DNA of 63,998 nucleotides, filler included, from Chrysochromulina tobinii (Eukaryota): the NCBI GenBank assembly GCA_001275005.1. It is 12 parts of 12 records of this genome, joined end to end, with 100 filler letters (N's around TTAATTAATTAA, not from the genome) between each part and the next. Parts side by side here need not be neighbours in the genome. Positions count along the whole stretch, not along the records: positions 1 to 13,869 come from JWZX01000669.1; positions 13,970 to 20,224 come from JWZX01000670.1; positions 20,325 to 27,803 come from JWZX01000673.1; 9 more parts are not named here. The stretch is one strand, 5' to 3'. The notes under the pieces are model-generated. The model was not told where the DNA came from and did not search any database. It was given only the letters and a program-made list of their open reading frames with translations. Each line of letters opens with the position of its first letter. Position 1 is the stretch's first letter. Shown piece after piece: positions 10,031-21,641 of this stretch. The translations under genes and the position numbers were made by a program.

Positions 10031-11155
10031 ATGAGACCTCTTGGCACTCTCTTCCGCCAGCCTGCCTTCTGGGACGAGCGTAATGTGCTCAGCGACGCGT
10101 GCCTGCCACTCTCCGCGTTGTACGCGGCGGTGACACGGCTGCATGAATTGAGCGCCGCGGCATCTTACCGTGCTCCAGTTCCGGTCGTTTGTGTGGGCTC
10201 TGCGCTCGTCGGCGGCACTGGAAAGACGCCAGTCACGCTCGCGATTGCAGAACGCCTTCGCGCTCGTCGCCCGGGTCTCTCGGTGCATGCATTGTCGCGA
10301 GGATATGGCGGTGCCAGCAACGCTGCTGCGCTGCGAGTGAATCCGCGTGAGCACACTTCCGAGTACGTCGGCGATGAGCCGCTTCTGCTGGCCGAGCTTT
10401 CACCTACGTGGATCGGTGCGCGAAGGTGTGATACGGCGAAAGCTGCGTGCGCTCAAGGCGCCGATTTGCTGCTGATGGACGATGGGCTGCAGCACACGAC
10501 GCTGCATCGCGACATCAGCTTGCTATGCCTCGACGCCCGCTACCTGATCGGCAACGGGCGAGTGGTGCCGTCGGGCCCGCTGCGCGAGCCGATCGCACGG
10601 ACGGCCGCGCGCTCGGATGCGGTGCTGCTTGTCGAGCCTGCCGCTGTGGCCGCCGGCGGCCGCAAATCCACCGCCGATGAGGTCGAGGACGATTCCAGTG
10701 GCGTTGCGGCAGAGGCTGATGAGAGGCTTCGCGAAACGCTGGCACTGCCTGCGTCGATGGTCATCTTGCGCTCGGCACTCGAGCCGTCACCGACGGTTGC
10801 TGCCGCACTCGCCGGCCGGCGTGTCCTCGCCTTCAGCGGCACGGCACGCCCGCAGCGCTTCTTCGACACTCTCCGAGCGCTAGGCTGTGAATTCCCGTCG
10901 CACCCTCTGTCGCTCGCGGACCACGCTCCGCTCTCGGCGGCCTTGCTCGAGAAGCTGCGCGAGCAGGCTGCATCGCATGGCGCCCAGCTCGTGACTACGA
11001 GCAAGGATGCAGCGCGTCTCGCTCCCTCGCAGCTCGAGGGCGTCAGTGTACTCCCGGTGGCCCTGCGTCTGCGTGCAGGCAGCGCGGAGTGGCTCGACCG
11101 CGCCATTGACGAAGCGTTGATCGCGTGCCAGTCTCGCAAGAATGAGCAATTCTAG
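10031..11155 (+). CDS. lpxK: Tetraacyldisaccharide 4'-kinase (lipid A 4'-kinase)
   Basis: PVPVVCVGS-x-x-GGTGKTP P-loop, LSRGYGG, VGDEPLLL, MDDGLQH, P-x-GPLREP, VTTSKDAARL. Confidence 0.93.
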   Translation: MRPLGTLFRQPAFWDERNVLSDACLPLSALYAAVTRLHELSAAASYRAPVPVVCVGSALVGGTGKTPVTLAIAERLRARRPGLSVHALSRGYGGASNAAALRVNPREHTSEYVGDEPLLLAELSPTWIGARRCDTAKAACAQGADLLLMDDGLQHTTLHRDISLLCLDARYLIGNGRVVPSGPLREPIARTAARSDAVLLVEPAAVAAGGRKSTADEVEDDSSGVAAEADERLRETLALPASMVILRSALEPSPTVAAALAGRRVLAFSGTARPQRFFDTLRALGCEFPSHPLSLADHAPLSAALLEKLREQAASHGAQLVTTSKDAARLAPSQLEGVSVLPVALRLRAGSAEWLDRAIDEALIACQSRKNEQF

Positions 11156-12138
11156 CAGGCCGCTCAAAGACGTGTTGACCCAAAGGGGAGTGGTCTTCTA
11201 TTTTTCCTGTTTGTTTCTTACAGAGGGCTTACAAAGGCACACAGGGCTTCCCTCCGCCGCTCCCCACCTATGTTTGGTTTGTGGGAAACGAATGGGCCGC
11301 CCTAGCTTGATTTCAGTGTCGTCACTGTCTGTGGTTCTACAGTACCGTTGTCCATTTTTTTCTTGCCCCACCACGCCGGAGGTCCGCCGATATATCTCAT
11401 ATGGCCCTTGGTTCTGCATGGTGGATACGCGACAAGGAGCGAATTTCCCTCTGTGGGGAAACGACTCTGCGCGCGAAACGGCGCGCTGCGCGCGCCTATC
11501 GGCACCAGCTCCGGTCATGCCCCATGCCCCCCCCCCCCCCCCTTGAGTGTGGGCGCTCCCCACCGTATCTTCGGCTGGTGACGGGGGTACGCCTGGTGCA
11601 CCCTGGTTCCTCGCTCGCAGAAGCTACCTTCGCCCCGGCCCAACCGCCCTTCATTGTTACCGAACTCCTCGGCGAGAAGACAAATCTGACACAGAAGAAA
11701 CCTTATCGCTTATGTATGTCCGCGCTGCCAGGGCCGCTGCCCCTCGCCTCAGGAAGCCGCAAGACCCGACCTCTCAGTCCATGTCTCAGTCTCAGACCTT
11801 TCAGAGTATACATCTTACATGTAAAAGTGTGCCTTCCCGGAACTTACACAACGCACTGGCGCTTTGACCAGGCAGCACGCGCTCGCCGCTGCTCAACACG
11901 TTGGCGCTCGCGCTCGCAGGAGAGGGAGTGACGGTGACAGCACTAGGACCAGCCATGAGCTCGTGTGCCTGCCGCTCCTCCATTTGCTGCGTGCCTGCGT
12001 GGAGCAGCTCCAGCGCCGAGCGCAGCCGCAGCTGGTGTCCCACCAGAGGATCCCCACGCCATGAATCTCCGCATGCCTCCGGTCCCGAGGAGACGCGCTT
12101 AGGAGGGCGCAGACTTCCGATATTATTTCACATAAAGA

Positions 12139-13301
12139 TCATCGCATCTTGTACGATGGTGACATCTTGGCCTCGTCGCCCTGGTCGCCGTGGAAGAAGC
12201 GCACCCGTTGGCGCACCACATATGGAAGCCGCATGTAGACTGGCCGGAAGCCCTGTATGTTGTGGATCAATCGGATGCGGCGCCACTCGCTCAGGTTCAT
12301 CGCGAGGCCCGTGTGCGCGTGGTAGCGCAGCGGCAGCTCATACAGCGGCCGGTAGAAGCTCCTCCAAAGCTCCTGATCCCCTCCGTCATAGCACGAAATC
12401 GACCGTCCACCTTCCTTATTTGGAGGGTTGAGCTGGTAGAGGTGCGCGAGCACACGCGCAAATTCGCGTGCGGAGGGTGAGAGCACGATGAGGCCGCTCG
12501 TCGGCGCGCAGCGCTCCTTTTGCGGCCGCACCGTCGCCGTGTGGAAGACCTGCGGCAATCAGTGGCCATCAGTGGCCATCAGTGGCCATCAGAGGCCATC
12601 AGTGGCACTCAGTGGCATTCAGTGGCTTACTCAGTGGCACTCAGTGGCACTCAGAGGTACTCAGTCTCGAGCGCCATGTGAACACAGACCATCGCTGGCG
12701 TCTCCGCCGCCGCCAGCTCGTCGATGTTGCGTATGAGGGTCACGTCGTTGTCGAGCACGATGACCTTGGCGAACTGCGTGAGCGCGAGGGCCGAGAGTTT
12801 GCTGAACGAGTGCATGTGGAACGCCGAAGTCCAACGGGGTGGGACGACGGCCGGGCTCTCGATCGTCGACGCGGCGCCGAGCTGCGAAAAGGTCTTCTCG
12901 AGCGTGGCGTTGCGCTCGCTGCCGCGTGCTACGACGATGTGGATGGGCAGCGTCGTGTTCACCGCGCGCGCCGAGCGGAGCAGCCACGTGATGCGATTGA
13001 TCTCACGGGTGTACGCCATCCAAGGCACATTCGCGTACTTGTGTCGCACCCAGCTTCGGTTGAAGTGGAAGAAGAGGAGCATCGCGACGTCGCTGCTCGT
13101 ACTGGCGCGGCTGCCACTGCTGCTGCTGCAAAAGGCCGACGCAGAGCATTCGAATGTGGAATGGCATCCATTCGAGCACATGCAAGCATCGGCACGGAGC
13201 TCGCAAGGGCCGAGCTGGTCTGCTGGCGGCGACGGTGGCATCGTGTGCAGCTTGCTGCATTGGTACACCACAGTGCTGCCGTTAAGTTGCGCGCCTGCCA
13301 T
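12139..13301 (-). CDS. Glycosyltransferase family 8 (glycogenin-like); 2 exons (12690-13301, 12139-12549)
   Basis: FSKL...LTQFAKVIVLDNDVTLIRNIDEL (DxD), SGLIVLSPS, YDGGDQE, LPLRY; GT..CAG intron 12550-12689 joins the frames. Confidence 0.85.
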
Positions 13302-13869
13302 GGGTTGTCACTGTGCTGATACGTTGTAGATAACAGTCGGCTCCGCACCGTACACACCTCCTAGTACGGCCGCTTGCTTGGCGGTGTGGTGAGGAAGACT
13401 GCTGAACAAAAACTCTCGTTAGTTCCGTAAATCGGCCGCCTCGTAAATCGCGCGAAATAGGTCGTTTCAACGATACGTACCGGTAAAAAGACACCGGGGT
13501 GCCGGTACCCCGGTAAAAAGACACCGGGGGGAGCCGGGACACACACGGGACACGCGGACACCACACAGACGAACCTCACAACCATCCAAACCCACGAACA
13601 ACACACATCCCGCACTCTACAAGTACAGCGCGACGACCGTCAGATAGAGTTTCAGAGTACAATAGTTAGAACGCCTGCCTGAGGCAACCGGTGCATTTGT
13701 TGGGGGGGTAGGTTCGGGGTTTCCTCTTGTGCATCTCCCCATTCCCATAAACCATTCACACCGCGGCGAGCGGTCACGGTGCTGCTGCGTGACGCCCAAA
13801 GTTACGCAGCTGTGAACTCAACGTGAAGGGCCAGGTCACAGGGACGGTCCCCATCATGGAACCAGATCG

Positions 13870-13969
13870 NNNNNNNNNNNNNNNNNNNNNNNNNNNNNNN
13901 NNNNNNNNNNNNNTTAATTAATTAANNNNNNNNNNNNNNNNNNNNNNNNNNNNNNNNNNNNNNNNNNNN
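13870..13969. other. Artificial scaffold linker (N-run/TTAATTAATTAA/N-run); the same linker recurs at ~20225, 27804, 31784, 34472, 39411, 49372, 54051, 57281, 60453, 62286
   Basis: Identical 100-nt spacer with stops in all six frames; flanking sequences are unrelated. Confidence 0.98.
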
Positions 13970-16900
13970 TGCTGGGCAAGTTGATACTGTGCCATAGACG
14001 TCGGTGGGGGTCATTGGCCAGGAGCAGACGGTGCCTCCAAAGACACAGACATTGGGCCCCTGGGTGGAGAATAGGGGACGCGTGGTCACAAAGGAGGACA
14101 CAAAAGCAAGACATCCCATTAGGGTACGGGAACTTAGCGCGCGCACATTTGAAGCTGTGTTCCCACTGATGTTGCTCGATGAGATGGCCACTGTGCCGGC
14201 ATTGACGGCGACACCGCCGCCCTGGGCAAACAACCAGCAAAAGGTGAGTCTAAAGGCGATGGGAACGTATGAGCGTGAGCGCGCACATTGCTAGCTATGT
14301 TTTCATTGATGGTGCACGATGAGAAGGTCACCGTGCCACGCTCGACAAAGACACCGCCGCCCTGTAAACAACGAGCAAACGTGAGTCTGCCATGTGAGGA
14401 GGAAATCTACTCTGAGGCACGTACATCATGCTGTAGTTGACCAGAGCATCGGCCGCAATTGTGCAAACGAGAATCGAGGTAAGAAATGTCAGCCATTTCC
14501 CCATCAGGGCGATGGGAACTTCTGAACATGAGAGCGCACATTTTGAGCTCTATTCCCACTGATCGAGGAAGACGTAATCGTGACTGTGCCATAAAGGGTA
14601 TTGACACCGCCTCCCTGCAAACAACGAGCAAAACGTGAGTCTCACATTGGGGCGATGGGAAATGATAAATATAAGCACGCACTCCTTTCGCTGCGTTCCC
14701 GTAGATCGAGGAAGACGTTATCGTGACCGTGCCAGAAAAGACGTAGACACCGCCTCCCTGCAAACAACAAGCAACACGTGAGTCTCCCATGGGGATGGGG
14801 CATCTTCCCATCGGGGCGATGGGAAGTGTTCAAGGTCTCTGCGGCACGTACTCCCTGTAGTGGACCGGAGCGTCAGCCGCAGTTGTGCGAGCGAGAGTCG
14901 AGGCAAGCACGTCAGCAACTTTCCCATCGGGGCGATGGGATAATTTCAAGGTCACTGTGGCACGTACATACTGTAGTTGACCAAAGCATCGTTTGCAGTT
15001 GTGCAAGCGTGAGTCAAGGCAAGAACGTCAGCAACTTTCACATCGGGGTGATGGGAAACTTTGAACATGAGCACGCACATAGGAAGCTGTATTCCCGTAG
15101 ATCGAGGAAGACGTTATCGTGACCGTGCCGTAAGAGACGTAGACACCGCCTCCCTGCAAACAACAAGCAACACGTGAGTCTCCCATGCGGGCGATGGGAA
15201 ATTTTCAAGGTCTCTGAGTCAAGGCAAGAACGTCAGCAACTTTCACATCGGGGCGATGGGAAACTTTGAACATGAGCACGCACATAGGAAGCTGTATTCC
15301 CGTAGATCGAGGAAGACGTTATCGTGACCGTGCTGTAAGAGGCGTAGACACCGCCTCCCTGCAAACAACAAGCAACACGTGAGTCTCCCATGCGGGCGAT
15401 GGGAAATTTTCAAGGTCTCTGCGGCACGTACCTCCTGTAGTTGACCAAAGCATCGTTTGCAGTTGTGCAAGCGTGAGTCAAGGCAAGAACGTCAGCAACT
15501 TTCACATCGGGGCGATGGGGAATTTCGAAATCAGCGCGCACAGAGTTAGCTGTGTTGGAGTAGATCTGGGAGTTCACGATTGACACTGTGCCACCACTGA
15601 ATTGGACACCACCGCCCTGCAAACAACGAGCAAAACGTGAGTCTCCCGCAAACAACGAGCGAGATGTGATCTCCCATCGTGACAATGGGATCTTTTGAAC
15701 ATGAGCACGGACATAATTAAAAGCTGTATTCCCGTGGATCGAGGAAGACGTTATCGTGACCGTGCCGGAATTGCTGACGTAGACACCGCCGCCCTGCAAA
15801 CATCGAGCGGTACAAGCGAGAGTCAAGGCAAGAACGTCAGCAACTTTCACATCGGGATGATGGGAACTTTTGAACATGAGCACGCACATAGCGAGCTGTA
15901 TTCGCGTAGATCGAGGAGGACGTTATCGTGACCGTGCCGGAACCGACGTAGACACCGCCTCCCTGCAAACAACAAGCAAAACGTGAGTCTCCCATGGGGG
16001 CGATGGGAAATGTTCAAGGTCTCCTGCAGCAGGTACATAAGGCTATAGTTGACCAGAGCGTCGGCAGCAGTTGTGCGAAAGAGAGTCGAGGCAAGCACGT
16101 CAGTAATTTTCCAATAGGGGCGCTGGGAAATTTCAGGTCTCTCAGGCACGTACCGACTGTATAGTTGACCAGAGCGTGGGCCGCAGTTATGCAAGCGTGA
16201 GTCGAGGCAAGCACATAAGCAATCTTCCCATGGTCGTGATGGGAAGACCTCTCTGCGGCACGTACCCCCTGGAGTTGACCGGAGCGTCACAGCCGCGACG
16301 CAGTTGTGCAAGCGTGAGTCGAGGCACGCGCGTCAGCAATTTTCCCATCGGGGCGATGGGAAATATTCAAGGTTGCTGCGGCACGTGCATTCTGTAGTTG
16401 CCCGAAGCGTCGGCCGCAGTTGTGCAAAAGTGAGTCGAGGCAAGCTCGTCAGGAGTTTTCCCATCAGGGCGATGGGAACTCTTGAATAAGAGCACGCACA
16501 TTTGTAGCAGCTGTGTTCCCACTGATGGCGCATGATGAGATGGCCACTGTGCCACCCTGGACATTGACACCCCCACCCTGCAAACAACGAGCAAAACTTG
16601 AGTCTCCCATGAGAGCGATGGGAACTATGAGAGTTTCAGGCGCATATGGCACGTACGTCCAACTGGTAGATTGAGGCAGCACCCATCATCAACGACGGGA
16701 GTCGAATGGGGCGTGTCAGCAAGGCATCCCATTAGGGCAATGGGGAATATACAGGTCTCTGCGGCAGCCACGTACCCCCTGTACGTACCCCCTGGTGATG
16801 TTGAGCCCGATCAGTTGCACGACGCCCAACGAGCCCGGGTTGATGTACAGCACACGGCGCCGACTCGAGGAGCTTGCTTGTGCATCCAGCACGACCGAGC

Positions 16901-19655
16901 CTGCCACCTCCGCCTCGATGACAACGCTCCTGGTGACGGTGAGCTCGGCGTTGAGGAAGTAGGTGCCGGGGGCAAGGACAATGCGGCCGACGGCTGTGTT
17001 GGCGAGTGCACTGGTCAGGCCCGCGCTGGTGCTCACCGCAGTCTGCAGCTCACGGCGGTGGTTGGGCATTAGGGGTGTCTGCGGAGACCTCCAAACGGGT
17101 GGAATCGACGGTTGTGGAATGGGCAGGTACGGCGACGGTTGTGGAATGGGCAGGTACGGCGACGGTTGTGGAATGGGCAGGTACGGCGACGAGGATTGAG
17201 GTGGCGTCGGCCCAGAGTCCAGAGGGTACAGGGACGGCGTGGGTGGGGGCATCAGTCGGGGAGGCGAGGGCGGCCAGGGTGGCAAGGGCGGAGGCCGTGA
17301 CCGTGGGGTCCGCGACGCGGATGAGGGCGGCAAAGGAGTTTGCGGGAACGAAGGGGCTGTCACGAGGCTGCTGCCTGCAGAGGTGCTGGATGTGCTGGTC
17401 AGGCTGGGGACGACGCCGGCCTGGTCCTGCTGCGCACGACGGTGACTGGGCGCATGCTGGACTGCGTGCATCCCGGCAACAGGGTGGACGCTGGTTTCGG
17501 CGTTGGCCAAGACTGTCATGCCAGAGGGGTCAGGCGGGGGAGGCGGACACGTCCCGCACGCGACCGGGCAAGTGGTGCGTGCAATGGAATAGGAAGCGCA
17601 AACAGAGGGCTGTGCTAAGAAGTAGGAGCACGGCATGGAGGCGCCGCTTAAGTCAAAGGCGCCGCTGTTCACATCATCGGCGCATGGAGTGGGCGGAGGC
17701 GGCCGCGATGGCGGCATCTGCGCCGACTCTGCCCGATGCGCACCAGTCCCATCGCCATCGGGTGGTGCCGTTGTCACCACGGCACTCGACCGCGGGACGA
17801 CGACGAAAACGAGCAAGGCCAATGCGAAGCGCTGGTTACGGTGCTTCTGATTCGCAAATCGCCCGTTTGGACCGGAACGTCTCCGCGACGCGCAAATCGC
17901 CCAGACGAACGACGCAAGCCTGAGCAATACGAATGCGAGGTCAAAGCACTCCACCAACTCCCAAGGCACACCGTCCAAGTCCGCCGCAGCCTTGATGGGG
18001 TCCCCCGCAGTATCCTCGCTCGCGTTCGTCTGGTCGTACGGGAACGAGTACTTGACGTCGGCGTCCCAGATTGTGCTCGTAATGAAGAGCTCCTCGAGAG
18101 CTATCGTGAAGACCTCGCCCTTGCGCAGCCCGTAGTCGGCCGTCATCGAGTCACGCTCGGCGCGAGTGCACGCAGCGTAGCGGCAGATGGCGCACGAATC
18201 GAGGGTGGACTCACCAGACAGGTTGCAGAAGAGGCCAGTGCCGCCGACTGCGGTGGACAGGAACGGGCCCGACGCCGTGTTCGGGCGCGAGCCGTCGGTG
18301 CCACATAGCGGACCTTGCTTGATGATGTGCGCCACGAGGCGGCTTGCCATCGGCGTGGCCGCATGGAGCATCTCACGGCCAGCAGAAGGCAAGTCGGTGG
18401 GCCAGATGAAGACGAGGGACTCGGAGCAATCGTTGAGATAGCAGGTGAGTTTCGTACCCACCGCCATCGACGCATCAGGGCTCTGCGAGGCGGGGGTGTT
18501 TGCCAATGGCTCTGCCAACATGTTGCGCTCGCTGTCGACCGGGTCCAACGAGGAGGCGCGCGTCGCAAACGTGGGCGCGATGAAGAAGGCCACAAGCCGC
18601 TCGAGCACCGGCACAACATTGCTGCTGACCACCTCGAAGAAGAAGTCGTTTTGGATCTTGTCCGTGAAGGCGTTCGAGCCGCCACCCACCGAGGTGAGGA
18701 AGGTCTCGTACTCGCCCTCCTTGGGGCACGTGGCATTTGAGGGGAACAGCATGTCCTGCGCGATCGCCGGGTACTCCTTCAGCTCCGAGTAGCTGCCCGT
18801 CGGCACCTTGACTGAGGCGGAGAAGCTCGTGTTCGTGGTGGCGCTCAGTTTGTAGCCAAACAGCTTCTTCATGCCGTTGTAAAGCTCGAGGTACCAGTAC
18901 GAGCGCTTTTCCGTGTGGGCGAGCGAGAAGTTGCCCCGGTGACGCCTCGTCACGGTGGGGTTGTAGGGCATGTAGGGCGAGTCGGGCTCGGTCGCCATGA
19001 GCTTCGGCTCCGGCGACATGTAAGGGTTCAACGCATCCAGCTCCGGGCTCGGCGGCGAGGCGGAAGTGTTCGCCACGGGCTCCGCGAACAAATTGCGCTT
19101 GCACACCACCTGGTCCGACGAGGCGCGCGTCGCAAACGTAGGCGCGGTGGACAAGGCGTCAAATATGAAGAGGGCGCGATGAAGATCACACTCGCAGCCG
19201 GGGGCGCCATTGTCGCGAGCAGCGTTGGAGGTGTAGAAACATGCATTCGAGCAGATGCTAGGCGCCGTGTCAGTGCTTGGCGACACAATGCTGAAGCCGG
19301 CGGTGGGGCTCTCGATGATGTTCTTCGACGTGAAGAACAGGTACGTGTTGAGCGACATCGTCGGGAGCGCGGACGGGGTGTCGGTGCTGCTTTGAGTGCA
19401 AGTTTCGATGCGGATGCCGGGGTGCGTCGAGATGTTGGCGAGGATCATGTTGCCGAACTTGCGGCCCGTGTCCTCGCGCATGCGCATCATCGCATCGCCC
19501 ACGCGCGTCGAGAGGCCGCCGGCGCCCACGAGGGTCATGCTGTAGAAGGCAGGGAGCGAGCGGCAGCGCGGCGTGCTCACGAATCTCAAAATGCCCACGG
19601 CGCCGAGCATCGCAAACAGGAACAGGCCCTTGCCTCGCATTGTTTCGAAGGGCAA
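13970..19655 (-). CDS. Multi-exon surface protein with pectin-lyase/Pmp-like beta-helix repeats. Large exon 16776-19655, then repeat exons 16500-16577, 15888-15962, 15713-15793, 15542-15616, 15284-15358, 15079-15153, 14683-14757, 14540-14614, 14287-14361, 14147-14221, then 13970-14059 (truncated), plus candidate microexons
   Basis: RRELQ...IVLAPGTY...VVLDA...RRVLYI...GLNITRG cap; ten exons of type GGGVxVxxGTVTI(S/T)SxxIxGNTAxx, each bounded by CAG| and |GT, all phase 0. Confidence 0.85.
14060..16775 (-). repeat. Tandem array of homologous intron modules with hairpin TTCCCATCG-CCC-CGATGGGAA
   Basis: Recurrent GTGCGTGCTCATGTTCAAA.., TTCCCATCGCCCCGATGGGA, GGTCAACTACAG-(3/6 nt)-GTACGTGCCGCAGAGACC, ACTCACGTTTTGCTCGTTGTTTGCAG. 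Confidence 0.9.
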
Positions 19656-20324
19656 GTAGATGAGAGCTCTGGTGGTCGGTCCGATGCGCGCGCGCGGTCG
19701 ACGAGTCGTGGCCCTCGTCTCGATCGGCTATGAAGAGGCCGCGCTCCCAACCGTCCCACTCGCACCGCGAACTTACCGTTCATGAACGAAACTTACTTTC
19801 CTTGGAAGATTGTGTCGGCGACACGCACGACGTCCGTCCTCGGCGAGTAAACCTGGTCGCGCGTTGAAACTGTGAATTGCAGATCATCAACGCTACACAA
19901 GCAGCCTGGTGAGCGCGATAAACCCCGGTCCCTGCTAAAGCTAGACCAGGCTTACATCGCGGTCAAGGGTAGTCGACGGGGGTGTAACGGCGACGGGGGT
20001 GCTCTCGCGTCAGCGGGGCAACTTGATTACCATCGTTAGTACGCGTTAGTAGCGAGACTATGCACAACTATGCAGGGTGCCAATCGACAGATCTCGGAGC
20101 GTAGACCCCCGAACCGCGGAAATTCGGCTTGCATCGTTTAAGGTAGTCCGCTCGCACTCATTAGGGTAATTTTGGAAATCAGCCCTACATAAATCAATGA
20201 GTCCCAAGGCCCCCGGGGCGGGGGNNNNNNNNNNNNNNNNNNNNNNNNNNNNNNNNNNNNNNNNNNNNTTAATTAATTAANNNNNNNNNNNNNNNNNNNN
20301 NNNNNNNNNNNNNNNNNNNNNNNN

Positions 20325-21367
20325 GAGGGTGGCGGTGGCGAGGGTGGCGGAGAGGGTGGCGAAGGTGGCGGAGAAGGTGGCGGAGGCGACGGCGACGGCG
20401 GCATGGGCGGCGGCGGATGGGGCGGTGACGAGGGCGGTGGCAAGGGCGGTGGCAAGGGCGGTGGCGAGGGTGGCGGCGAGGGCGATGGTGGCGAGGGCGG
20501 AACCGGTGGCTGTCGCGGCGGCTCCGCAGGAGGCCTCGGAGGCATAGGCGGTGCTGGTGGCGGCAGCGGCGGCGGCAGAGGATAAAATAAACAGTCGGCG
20601 CGCAAATAGACCTCAAAGAAGGACTCGCAGGTGTCTGCATTGTTGTCCGTGCCGCAGTAGCCGTTGCCCTCGCACAGCGCTGTAGCCGTGGCCGGCACCC
20701 ACGACGGAGCACATTTGGGTAGTGCGTGGGCGATGCTGGCATTTGGACAGCCCGTCGCGTTCGTAAGCAGCCTCAGGCAGTGGCCGCACGCGCCGCCATT
20801 GTCGCACGCTGCACACGACGGCGACGGCGGAGGTGGTGGCGAGGGCGGCGAGGGCGGCGAGGGCGGCAGCAACGGAGGCCCTGGATTGAGCGGAGGCGGC
20901 GAGGGCGGCGGTGGCGAGGGCGGCGGTGGTACAGGCGGTGCGAAAGGAGGAGACGGCGGCTGCGGCGGAGGGCTTGGCGGCGGAGGGCGTGGTGGAAGGC
21001 GCGGCGATGGTGGAGGACGCGGTGGAAGTGGTGGACGCGGTGGATTAGGTGGACACGGTGGAACAGGCGGCGGAAAAGGCGGAGGCGGAGAGGGCGCGGG
21101 AGGCGGAGGCGGAGAGGGCGGAGGAGGATGAGGCGAGGGCGGCGAGGGTGGCGGTGGCGAGGGTGGCGGAGAGGGTGGCGGAGGCGACGGCGACGGCGGC
21201 ATGGGCGGCGGCGGATGGGGCGGTGACGAGGGCGCGGGAGGCGGAGGCGGAGAGGGCGGAGGAGGATGTTGCAGAGGCGGGAAGTTCGGACTCGGTGGAG
21301 GTGACGGTGACGGTGATGGCGATGGTGGGAGGAGCGGTGGCGATCGCGGTGGCAACGCTCCTTCCAT
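20325..21367 (-). CDS. Proline-rich (PPSPPP) extracellular protein with Cys-rich module, partial
   Basis: Extensin-like repeats flanking 'CAACDNGGACGHC...LCEGNGYCGTDNNADTC...VYLRADC'. Confidence 0.6.
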
Positions 21368-21641
21368 TCATAAATGGAAGTTGAATTGAAAGCTCCCCCA
21401 AAGCAGCTCCGGTGTGAAACGGCTGTGAGCCGGAGCTTCGTTGTGAGCCAGAGCTTGCGGACCGAAACGGCACCACATCAAAGTTGAAAAGGTCGTGCCT
21501 GAATGAAAAGAGGAGTTCAAATTAGAGCGCGCCGAGCGTCCGACCACGACCGATATGATACGCGTCCGATACGAATTCTTCAAGGCGCCCAAGGTTACTT
21601 TCTACATTCTAGCCCCACGCGCCGCCGCGCACAGCTTAGCC

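Noticed and set aside
13870..13969. Recurrent TTAATTAATTAA motif as a biological site
   Set aside because: It is always centred in N-runs and is an artificial contig linker, so gene adjacency across it is meaningless
14060..16775. CRISPR-like array (palindromic repeats with variable intervening sequence)
   Set aside because: The intervening segments are homologous coding exons with splice sites, the context is eukaryotic and no cas genes are present
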